In this document: positions 12,001 to 22,102 of the stretch, one piece after another
Layout of the letters: each line of letters begins with the position of its first letter
Numbering within the stretch: the first letter of the stretch is position 1
Origin: Mobula birostris
Lineage: Eukaryota
Assembly (NCBI RefSeq): GCF_030028105.1
Contig: NC_092400.1
Span: 3,782,001-3,846,000, forward strand
DNA: 64,000 bases
Reading direction: 5' to 3'
Notes under the pieces: model-generated
Databases searched by the model: none
What the model saw: only the letters and a program-made list of their open reading frames with translations
What the model was told of the DNA's origin: nothing
Made by a program: the position numbers and the translations under genes

Positions 12001-14626
12001 AACAGTTTCTTCCCCTCTGCCATCCGATTTCTAAATGGACATTGAACCCATGAACACCACCTCACTACTTCTTTATTTCTGTTATTTTGCACTACGTGTT
12101 TTACCTCAATTATTTAATAGACATGTGTATAAAAGAAAAGCACCTCGTGCTTTCCCGGCATATATGATGAATAAACTCTTCTTGGGCTTCCAGCTGGGTA
12201 TCGGTATTGATTATCACTGATGTTTTGATGACGTCAGATATAATTGATACCTGTACTTAGCTAGAAGTCCAAGAAGAGTTTATTAGACATATATACTTAA
12301 TGTTACTCATATTTTTTCTGTATATTTATTTATCATGTATTTCATTGTACTGCTGCTGTAAAGTTAACAAATTCCACAACATGTGCTGGTGATATTAAAC
12401 CTGATTCTGATTTGGATTCTAATTATTTTTCTTAGAACTCACTCACTTTGTATTGCAGGTGTCTCGTTTGGGATCAGACGCTCTCCTTGCATTTATCATT
12501 TTTATTCAATTTGGGTAACTGAGTCAGCACAGGATTTTCTCTGTCTTTCAGTGTAGTCGTTGACTTGGGGGTTAATGTTTTGCCTGGGCTCCGGGGCTGT
12601 TCTGAATTCCTATGTGCTCCAGGGTGTATGTCAGGGGAACTGTCCAGCCCCTCTTTGCTCAGTCATTGTGGGCCCTTGTCTGGTGAAACTCTGTCCGAGT
12701 TCTTCTGTGTACCTGAGCGATTTCTGTTTGTCAGGATTCTGCATAGCTTGCCTGAGTTCTTGTTAGTTTTCTTGCTTACTTTCTGTCTTAAATCTGTTGT
12801 TGTGTTTGAATTGCCAGAGTCTCTGTGATTTTGCACTGGGGTTCACTGGTGACCCTCACATATAATTCACCAAGATGCGTTAACGAGTGGTTCCAAGAGC
12901 AGGTCAGAACTTAAACATCCCATAAGAAGTGATTGATGTCTTACTGCCTGAAGCCTTTCCACCATCAGCCAGGAGTGGGATATCGCCCCAGTACCTGGGT
13001 GAGTGCAGCTCCCAAACACAGAAGGAGCTCGTCATTACTAGTGACAAAGGAACTGATTTCATTGCAACTCTGTCTGTATGGATGGCAGGAAAAACAAAGC
13101 TTTTCACTGTGGCCTGTTACCTGCGACAATAATAAACCAAATGAAATGATCTCTAGCAATATCCACTATCAGCATTCTGTGCTATTGTATAATTCAGCAG
13201 CCAGTGTATCTCAGCTAAATCTCCCAGACCAATAGCCTTTACCATCTAGAGAGACAGAGATCAGCATCACATACAGGTCCCTGCAAGTCTCACACCATCC
13301 AGACATGGAACATAACCTGTTCCTCCATCATCACTGGGTCTGAATGCTGGAGCTTCAGCACAAGAGCATTGTGGGAGAACCATCACCAGGGCAACTCCAG
13401 TGGTTCAAGATGGCAGCTCACCAGCACCTTCACAAAGGCGATGAGGGATGGACCAAAGTTGCTGACCATGGAAGCAGAGATAAAATTAAGGCAATCAGGC
13501 ACTCTCCGATCATACTCACTTGTACATTCGAGTTTCCCTTTTGAGCAGCTGTACTTGTAATGTATCATTTTGGGTGAGTAGACTATTCTGCACTTCTCTT
13601 TTTCCTTAGCATCTTCATAACACTTGTCATGGGTCTGGCAGCACCTGTAAAATCACAGATAACGTTTAGTAGAAAACTCATGGACTAGAATTAACAGAAC
13701 ACTGTTACAGCAGCCTGCAGTGTCACACACTTCCCATGTAGAGCTAAGAGTCAGGAGGTGATCTGAGCTGAGGCAAACTGAGCAGGCTCATATCGTACCA
13801 GGGAGTTGGGGAGGAGCTTCACAGTGGGACGTGGAATCAGGATCTGTGGAGACTCAGGCAGGAATGTGGAAAAGAATTCCTCCAAGTGACATGACCACAA
13901 TAGACCTGAGAAGGTGACCAATGTTTAGTTTTTCCCTTTTTCTATGGATTGTGTGTGTTCAACACCCAACAACAAGCAACAGACTGATCGACCAGCTGGT
14001 TGCCCTCTCTCCTTCCCTTCCTCGCTCCCTTACTAACGTAGCTACTGTGTCATGGTTCTCTCTTGTGCTGCCATGATCGAACCCCCTGTCCAATCCTCCA
14101 GAAGGACAGAATCCTCCCTGGGAGCAGCTGGCTCTGTCCTCGGTGTGTTCCACTAAACAGTCCTGAACTCCTGTACAGACCGGTGGCACTGCAAACCCAA
14201 CACTATCCTCTGTACCATCACTGGGACTTCAGTGAAGATGCAATCCTGCTGCCTCTGACAATGAATGAGAAGATTTCCCTGTCCCTGGACTCCAACGGAT
14301 GGTAACTGGCTCTGTAGAGATCGTCTGTCCACCTACCGGTCAAGGTCATCCACTGGTGTCCCAGATCCACCAGGTCCACAGTAACAGCCGTAGTCATTGA
14401 ATCTCAGTAGTGGGCTGACGCCTGGTATGACGCATGAAATCATATTACTGAATTGAATGAGGTTCCTGGACTCAATGGAAGCACTCTCAGCACCAGCTAC
14501 ATCCGGAGAGAGAGGAACAGACAGACACAAACAGGTTAGAACATGAAGCAACCAACATCAAGGTAAGTGTCACTCGAGGAGAGTCTCCTTACCTGAGAGC
14601 AGAAGCAGGACAAACAGGCCCAACAT
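2965..14626 (-). CDS. PLA2G1B: Group I secretory phospholipase A2, copy 1 (whole gene; exons 14626-14593, 14496-14337, 13644-13520, 3080-2965; 144 aa)
   Basis: Four exons with GT/AG ends splice in frame to [22 protein letters not shown]|[122 protein letters not shown]. It has a signal peptide, an Arg-ended propeptide, 14 Cys including C11/C77, and H48, D49, Y52, Y73, D99. Confidence 0.93.
4735..5095 (+). mobile_element. Rex1/Babar-like LINE 3' fragment in intron 3
   Basis: Encodes [27 protein letters not shown], typical of Rex/Babar RT C-termini. Paralogous copies at ~35610-35965 and ~62730-63085. Confidence 0.6.
5419..6209 (+). pseudogene. L1 ORF1 (frameshifted)
   Basis: Coiled-coil followed by [15 protein letters not shown] (L1 ORF1 motif) and a later LRYPARLK motif in a different frame. 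Confidence 0.85.
7034..10791 (+). pseudogene. L1 ORF2 (APE endonuclease, reverse transcriptase, C-terminal Cys/His), split by two frameshifts
   Basis: [17 protein letters not shown]; YSRIDY..SDHAP; DAEKAFDRV; [10 protein letters not shown]; LYADD; CDRC...HMFWSC. Frameshifts near 7270 and 10040. Confidence 0.9.
11183..11660 (-). mobile_element. CR1 3' fragment split by the L1 insertion (other part ~5100-5270 with the TTCTATG-type tail)
   Basis: Minus-strand [14 protein letters not shown]...HSFKV...[12 protein letters not shown]. Uninterrupted paralogues at ~34945-35600 and ~62068-62720. Confidence 0.8.
11660..12420 (+). mobile_element. Rex1/Babar-like LINE 3' fragment with (GATTCT)n tail, containing an inserted hairpin element
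   Basis: Same family as 4735-5095 and 25860-26217; tail ctgattctgatttggattct. Paralogues at ~34185-34945 and ~61305-62065 (- strand). Confidence 0.6.
12170..12284. repeat. ~115-bp imperfect inverted repeat (hairpin), probably Penelope-like element ends
   Basis: aataaactcttcttgggcttccagctgggta... pairs with ...tacttagctagaagtccaagaagagtttatt. Copies at ~34317-34431 and ~61440-61554. Confidence 0.7.
13520..13644 (-). CDS. PLA2G1B: sPLA2 copy 1 exon 3 (125 nt)
   Basis: ttacAG|...|GTgagt. Encodes (R)[41 protein letters not shown] with the CCxxHDxC active site. Confidence 0.95.
14337..14496 (-). CDS. PLA2G1B: sPLA2 copy 1 exon 2 (160 nt)
   Basis: gtAG|...|GTaggt. Encodes the propeptide and [11 protein letters not shown]...[18 protein letters not shown] (Ca2+ loop). 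Confidence 0.95.
14593..14626 (-). CDS. PLA2G1B: sPLA2 copy 1 exon 1 coding part (34 nt, signal peptide)
   Basis: acaATG TTG GGC CTG TTT GTC CTG CTT CTG CTC TCA G|GTAAGG; hydrophobic [11 protein letters not shown]; phase-1 donor matches exon 2. Confidence 0.9.
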
Positions 14627-14681
14627 TGTCGTTTGCTCTTCCCTGTCCTGGAAATCACACTTGTGAGGTTCAGTCCCTGGA

Positions 14682-14785
14682 TTTTATATTGGGAGCTGAT
14701 AACATGGATAAGATAAAGACAAGCTCTCATGTTGATACAGCTGGTCTCTATTTGACTGAGCTGGAGAGACAGAGCCAATCCTGAC
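14682..14785 (-). promoter_or_regulatory. Proximal promoter of copy 1: TATA box, GATA motifs, E-box
   Basis: TATAAAA at 14688-14682, ~56 nt upstream of the ATG; three TTATC (GATA) motifs and CAGCTG further upstream. Conserved in all three copies. Confidence 0.7.
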
Positions 14786-14799
14786 TGCTTCCGACTCTT

Positions 14800-14955
14800 C
14801 TCAGTGTGTGTGTGTGAATTTACATGTATATGTGTGTGTGCGTGTCCACGACTGTGTGTCCACATGTGTCAATTTACATGTATGTGTGTGTGTATGTGTC
14901 CACGTATGTGTTTGAGTGTGTGTCAATTTACATGTGTGTGTGCGTGTGTGTGAGA
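14800..14955. repeat. Imperfect (TG)n microsatellite upstream of the copy 1 promoter
   Basis: Direct reading. Paralogous (CA)n at ~58155-58378 and at the N-run 31654-31816. Confidence 0.85.
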
Positions 14956-15596
14956 CGGTGTTCTATTTTGAGTGTGTATAACTACCCCAAATGTGATCAT
15001 GATGGGTCTCAGTGATTGAAACAGAGACACTAAACAGAGTCCACGACAATGGGTGATGGGCTGGAATTGTCACGGCACGAACTCTCGATAATTGGTATTA
15101 GAGTATGGAGAGGATATGGTGACCACCTCTGAAAATGAGACGAGTCGCTGTGGGACTTGCCCTGTGAGTTCCATGAGGTGGTGTTCTTCCTGGGGATTGG
15201 TGACTATGGTGGTGACCCCATCAATAAAAGAACCCCTCCCACCCTCCTTCCTCCAGATCCACTTTCCAGAGAGTGCTTGGGGACTGAATCAACAGAATCC
15301 CCTGTACTGAAATACAAAATGCATTAATTTCTGCACACTCTCTGCAGATACTGAACACACTGTGCCCCTTCCAACTTCATTGCTACAGCGAGGGATGATT
15401 TTACATTAGTGCTGCTGTGCAGACCCACAGGGGCATAAATAGACCCTTGGGGCCCCATTCTTCACATTAGTCTAACATAGTTCTGAGCGATCTCATGTGT
15501 GACCACCCACACTCTGTATGCTAGAACACAGTCACAGGCAGTACATGTATGTGATGATACTGGGTGTATCCATTTTATGATGATTGCTTATGAAGA

Positions 15597-16207
15597 CATG
15601 TAGTCCTCTTTTATTGTCATTTAGTAATGCATGCATTAAGAAATGATACATTATTTCCTCCGGTGTAATATCACAAAACACAGGACAAACCAAGACTGAA
15701 AAAAACTGACAAAACCACATAATTATAACATATAGTTACAAACAGTGTAACAATACCATAACTTGATGAAGAAGTCCATGAACACAGTAAAGTTCAAAGT
15801 CTCTCAAATGTCCCGCATCTCACGCAGAGGGGAGAAGGAAGAAAAATTCTCCCTTCCATGCCCGACCACGGTCCGACTCTGAGTCATCCGAAAATTTCGA
15901 GCTCTGATCAGCTGTCCGACACTGAGTGCTGAGTGCCATCTCTGTCCGAATGATTCGACCTCCTTCTCGGTCGCCAAAAGCAGGCAAGGACGGGATTTTG
16001 AGGCCTAGCCTCCGAAAGATTCCTGACCGCACAGTAAAGACAGCAGCGAACGGGCGTTTCAGAAATTTCTCCAGATGTTCCTCTGTGCTTTCCCATCCAT
16101 TCTCCGTCAAATCAGAATTGTCCACGGCCCCTATTTAACGATACGATATCATTTTTCACCGGAGAGCTGCACACGCGCAGGCGGGCTGCCATCTTCTCCT
16201 CCCGCCA
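15597..16207 (-). mobile_element. ~0.6-kb non-autonomous retroelement (SINE-like) present only upstream of copy 1
   Basis: Absent from the homologous site at ~57535. On the minus strand it has a CpG-rich 5' end (ggcgggaggagaagatggc) and AATAAA near the 3' end; 'agaca' occurs on both sides. Confidence 0.6.
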
Positions 16208-16884
16208 GACAAGTTTATTGTCCTAAACTTAAGACGAGACCTTAAGCCTTAAAGTTATAGACAGCTACTAGCCTACTCACTTGAGAGAGGTTATACTGTA
16301 GCAATCTATAAGTCAAAGACTAATTTACTTATCTATTTTGGTCTCTTTTCTGAATGGGTTCAGCTGTGAATAATCACTATTTCGAGTGGTGGGACCACCC
16401 CTCACAACCAAGGAGGGGATACTTCCAGCTAACGAAGCAGATTAAACATCATTATTTTATTCTTAAAGAGCACATTTACTCTCTGTAGTAATTCCAACAG
16501 AGATTATAATTCTAAAAAAGATTTCCAGACACAAGTACCATTCTTACAAAAACTTTGCCATGAGTTGCAGAAAAACATGTCAGGGCCACAGAAAGGAGGC
16601 TTTCCGTAGTTGTAAGTCTCGGGCTGAGACTGAGGAGAAGATTCTATGTCTTCATCTCTGTCAGTCCTCACAACTCCACTTCCTTCTAAACTTTATATCC
16701 ATTTTATTGCCATTCATCTAAATTCACCTCATTGGCCTGTGATGTTTTCACAACTGGATTTATCAGGTCAGATGGCAGGACCCTTAGATTAAAGTAGACA
16801 ATGTGTTTTCTCCGGATTGGGTTCAAGTCTCAGGTAGGTTCCTGTCCCTGAACCCGCACATTATTTCTCAATGGGATACGGAAG

Positions 16885-17530
16885 TAGAATCATAGAGAAG
16901 TACAGAACAAAAATGGTCCATGCCGAAAACTATTAAACTGCCTACTCCCATCGACCTGCACCGGACCATAACCCTCCATACCCCTTCCATCCATGCACCG
17001 ATCCAAACTTCTCTTAAATGTTGAAATCGAGCTCTCATGCACCACTTACGCTGGCAGCTCGTTCCACACTCTCACCACCCTCTGAGTGAAGAAGTTTCCC
17101 TTCATGTTCCCCTTAAACTTTTCACCTTTCACCCTTAACCCATGACCTCTGGTTGTAGTCTCACTCAACCTCAGTGGAAAACGCCTGCTTGCATTTACAA
17201 TACCTAAGGACTAATAATTTTGTACATCTCTATCAAATCTCCTCTCAATCTTCTACGTTCTAAGGAATACTGTCCTAACCCATGTAATCTTTCCTTATAA
17301 CTCAGGCCCTCAAGCTCCAGCAACACATCCTTGTAAATATTCTCTGTACTTGTTCAACCTTGTTTATAACTTTCCTGTTAGTAGGTGATCAAAACTGCAC
17401 ACAATACTCCAAATTGGGCCTCACCAACATCTTATACAACTTTCTTTATGACCCTATCAACCTGAGAGGCCACTTTCAATGAATTATGGATCCCTTTGCT
17501 CCACCGCACTCTTCTGTGCCGTACCATTCG
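16885..17530 (-). mobile_element. CR1 3' fragment
   Basis: Reverse complement of ~56420-57120, which encodes [13 protein letters not shown]...LYKTLMRPNLEYCVQF. Confidence 0.75.
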
Positions 17531-17895
17531 GTGAGCTGCCTCCTAACCCTGCACCGGAAGATCAAACGCTCTCTTGAACTCAACCACGAGTTGGTGTAAG
17601 GACTGAGCTGTAGGGGGAACCTTGTTCTCACAGAGCGTTGAACAGGTGAATGGGGTCCGAGTGATTTACCATGTAAGCTAGTTTACGTATGCACATCATC
17701 ACTGAACCGACCTGGCTGGGCTTGTAAAGTCAGCTCACACTGGGTCATAAACTTCCTGCAGCCGTTAGGGTCACCGGAGTATCTGCCTGGTGGAGGGATG
17801 CTCGGCTCTGATCCAGAATCAGCTGAAGCAATGGCTGAGACTGTGATGGGGAAGATGTGGGACATCCCGGAGTGGGATCATCGGTGCTGAAGGCT
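17530..17895 (-). mobile_element. Ty3/gypsy (Sushi/PEG10-like) gag fragment
   Basis: EPSIPPPGRYSGDPNGCRKFMTQCELTLQAQPGRFSDD resembles the PxxYxGD...CxxFxxQC gag N-terminus of Sushi-type elements. Confidence 0.65.
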
Positions 17896-18114
17896 GTAAA
17901 TTGCAGGCTCTATCCCTCCAGAAACGTTTTTAAGGTGAAAACATACGTAAAAGAAGTAAAAAAGCTTTTTGCTTGCCATCTGGAAGATGTCGACTATGGG
18001 AACGTTGTACGCTGGCACCATCTTGACCACCTTTTTCATGTTCTGAATTGATAGAAAGTGGGTGAGTGATCCATGAGTTTCAAAGGAGATTTGCCAAATT
18101 CTGAGATCCTATGA

Positions 18115-18140
18115 TTTAGTGAGAGTAAAGAGAGAGTGAA

Positions 18141-18171
<31 letters not shown>

Positions 18172-18210
18172 GGATAGAAAGAGAGAGTGAGTGTGGAGGA
18201 AAAAGAGAGC
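18115..18210. repeat. (GA)n microsatellite
   Basis: Direct reading. Confidence 0.85.
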
Positions 18211-20209
18211 AGATGAGGCTGAGTTTCAAAAATGTTCCTTGAAGCTTGGCAGCTTTTGAGATTCTGTGATTCAGAGAGGGTGAGAATGAAGGTTGGATAG
18301 AGACCAGACAATAACAGAGATGAAGAGCAAGATAGGGATTTTGAATTCACTCTATGTTTGATGAAATAGACTGTGACCTAAGGAAAATTACTATTTTTTA
18401 ATCTCAGACAAAGTTGCTTTGCTCGTGATGAGCTAAAGTTGGGAGGTGTTTTACCTTTCCTTTAACTATGATATTCCAATCCCTTGTTAGTTATCTGAAC
18501 TATAGTTGGTGAAAACAAAACATGAACTGGGTCATGTACAATTCAGGAAGATATAATAAAACTCACATGGATTTGGAATATTGGCTCAAGGCTTTACAAA
18601 TAGACAATACTGTTTTGGTAATTTTGCCAAATAGTTTGGGACCATTAGGAGGAATCATAAATGCTGTTTTCCTCAATAAGAATGGGGTTATTTTCTGTTT
18701 CTGACAAGCTGAACCAAACATAAATGGTCAATATTCCTGTTCAAACTGATCTTCTGGGGCAAGAGTTTGCTGGGAAAACTACTACTTATTTTAACTTAGT
18801 TACAGTAAGGAGCAATCTTTGTCTGGTACAATGCAAATGCACAGATCTAGTGATCACTTCTTACATATCACATGCAAATAATCAATAAAACTAAGAGCTG
18901 GAACACTAACTAAAAATGTGATTTGAATTGCTGAGTTTGTCAGATAGCAATAATCTGCAGCCTGAGAACAAAGGATTATAATGGAATAAAAAGGGAAATG
19001 AGGGGGCTGTGAATGAGTTGCCAGACACTGTTGGGTGGCAGATTTGAAGTTCAGCTGTCTGTCCCTGTTCCCGAGTAGAAACTTTGAACCTCACCCAAAC
19101 AGGGTCAAACATACAGTGGTAGGTTGGGGTAGGGAAAGGGGACGTTCTGAGATTTGGAAGCCCAAAGCTGCATCATAGAATGGAAACTGCAGGGAGTGAA
19201 GAACCACATCTCTTTCTGTGTATTGCAGATGAAGTAATTCTGCGAGTATTGAGGGGAAGTGACAGGGAAGAATGGAGAGGGAGGTGATTAGTCATTAATT
19301 TACCAGGTTCCATGGTGGAACATCTGGTCCATCAGGACTCAGAGTGTCAGTCTACAGTGATCCAGATCAGAAACATTGAATAGGCTCCAGAGCATCAGTC
19401 AACTCTCCCATCCAGGATGGGCAAGTTCATTCCGATCACGTAGATGGACTGCTTCAAGTATCAGCAGAGTTGTGTCTCACATGAGAATATTTCTCCTGTT
19501 GTTCCTTGTGCCACCTCGGTCAACATAATGTCTTCACTTCCCTGGTCTTCTCCTGGCCTGGTCTGCCCTGATCCTTCAGGCTGTATTCCCCATTTGTCCC
19601 CAGCAGTGGAGAATCAGAGGGACGAAGTGAACATTCATCGTTAGTGGATGGTCTGGTGCCCCAACACTGCATGTGGGACTGGGAAAAGGTTGAATCATGT
19701 GGCTACACTCTCTATGGTTCCTGATGGGACTTCACTAGGTTATCACTGACACAGATGTTGTCATTTGGTTTCCACTCCGGCCATCTTGTCTACCTGGGAT
19801 TAAACCGTGCTCATTGAGGCAAATCCAGTTTCCTTACCACAGCCGTCTTCAGTGACGACAGGAGAAACAACTCTCTCTCGGGGTTCTCACAGTCAGCAAT
19901 GAATTGCTCTTCTTTGGTGCAACTCCATCACGTTTTGGGTTGTTTCCAGTGCTCCTTCGCAGTTCTTGAATCAGAATCAGGTTTATTATCACGAACGTAC
20001 GTCGTACAGTATATATGTCAGATGTCATGGTCAACCTCTCAAAACACTTCATCACAGTGGATGTGAGTGAAGGACTTGATGATCAAATCCTTCATTCATT
20101 CTATTGTGGCTGTTGCATTTTCTGAGTATGCCCGCAAGAAAATGAATCTCAGGCTTGTATATTGTGCATATATATACTTCGAACTTTGAAATTTAATAGC
20201 TACGTACAA

Positions 20210-21785
20210 GACTTAAGATCTTGGCTTAAGTTTCGGACAATAAAATGGGTATACCCGATATCATCACATTCACTCCTGACATAGTTTCAGTTCTGCCTCC
20301 CCATGTCCTAGGGTGTGGAGTGTGTGTGGTCACACATTTGGATGCTTAATGCTCTGTTAAACTGATGTGAAGATTGGTGCCCTGTGGGTCTCTTTATGCC
20401 CCAACAGGGCTGTCAAACTGCTCCTTTGTGATACCCTCCCTCAATTTGACAATAAAGTTGCAAGGGTCAAGTTTTGATCAGTCAGTTTCGTGCTAATGCT
20501 GAGATGGGTGAAATTTAGGTTTCATTGGGTGATATTTGTTGGATCTGTTCCCCAACACTCTCTGGAAAGTGGAGCTGGAGGAAGGAGGGTGGGAGGGGTT
20601 CTTTTATCGACTGGGGTCACCACCATGGTCACCAATCCCCAGGAAGAGCACCACCTCCCTCTCCATCCCTCCATGACTCTTCCCATTCACACCTGAAAGT
20701 TCCTTAACCTTTAGGGCACAGAAAATGAGGCTCCATCATCACTACAGCTGCCATTCTGTGACAATATTCCTCTTACACGTTTGACCCCATTTAGTCGAGG
20801 TTCACATTCTGCTCAGGAGTTGGGATGAAGCAGAAAATATAGCTTATGGCCTGTTCAGCCCAATACCTCAAACACCAACCCAACACCCCGGCAACTCCCA
20901 CCTTCACCCTCATTTCATCCCATTGTAAATCAACATTTTCTCACAAGTCAGCCAAAAAACCCAGTGCTTCAACTTTGGTTGTTTCAGTACAAATTCCGAT
21001 TCTTATTGGTCAGAACTATTCATTTATGTTCGGTGAGATAAAGCTGAGCAGGTGTGTGCATTTGCATGGAATGAGATTCTAGACCTTCTGCAGCAGAATG
21101 AGGGATTTGCATTTTATTTATATCCAGAATGTATGGGGAACTGTTTATATGGAGCTGTACGTGACTGGAATGCAATTCAGATCAATTCCTCTGAATTGAT
21201 TAGTATAGATAACTGACTAATAAAAAAATTAAGTTCTTATGATGTGGGGAAAGGTTCAAATGTCGTGCACGAGTTTTATACCAGGAATCATTCTACATGA
21301 TGGAAGACTGTTAAAAGCTTAATTTTTCAGTGAATTGAAACAAGGTCGTCAAAGAAAAAGAAGAATGCAAAATGGCTGTGGCTCAGACACATATCTTAAC
21401 GTCTGAAATCTGTAGGAATGCTGGAGGTTATTAATCCTACCGACACATCCAGGCACCCCAAATCAAACAAAACTCAATGGTCTTCATGTTTTGTCATTTT
21501 CCAATCTCTGGTTCTGAAACCTCTCATGCAACTCGCAGGGCAAGTCTCACAGTGACTCGTCTCATTTTCAGAGATATCACCACATCCTCGCCATATTGTG
21601 ATACCAATTATCGAGAGTTCGTGCCGTGACAATTCCAGCCCATCACCCCGTCTCGTTCTGTATTCAGAGTCTATGTTTCAATCAGTGAGACCAGCCGTAA
21701 TCCCATTTTGATCAGTCACACACACTCATAAAGAACACACTCTCACACATGCACACAAACACACAAATGCAGACAGTCATAAACA
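20210..21785 (+). pseudogene. Orphan B-type PLA2 upstream region (gene body missing)
   Basis: Nearly identical to ~30140-31625, the upstream region of copy 2. It ends at a CA-rich/N run (21786-22102) followed by a CR1 instead of the promoter and exon 1. Confidence 0.7.
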
Positions 21786-22102
21786 NNNNNNNNNNNNNNN
21801 NNNNNNNNNNNNNNNNNNNNNNNNNNNNNNNNNNNNNNNNNNNNNNNNNNNNNNNNNNNNNNNNNNNNNNNNNNNNNNNNNNNNNNNNNNNNNNNNNNNN
21901 NNNNNNNNNNNNNNNNNNNNNNNNNNNNNNNNNNNNNNNNNNNNNNNNNNNNNNNNNNNNNNNNNNNNNNNNNNNNNNNNNNNNNNNNNNNNNNNNNNNN
22001 NNNNNNNNNNNNNNNNNNNNNNNNNNNNNNNNNNNNNNNNNNNNNNNNNNNNNNNNNNNNNNNNNNNNNNNNNNNNNNNNNNNNNNNNNNNNNNNNNNNN
22101 NN

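Noticed and set aside
12904-13235. Short ORFs (up to 100 aa) identical in three places (also 33366-33697 and 60489-60820)
   Set aside because: They lie in duplicated intron 3, overlap on both strands and show no recognisable domain. Their identity reflects duplication or conversion, not coding constraint.
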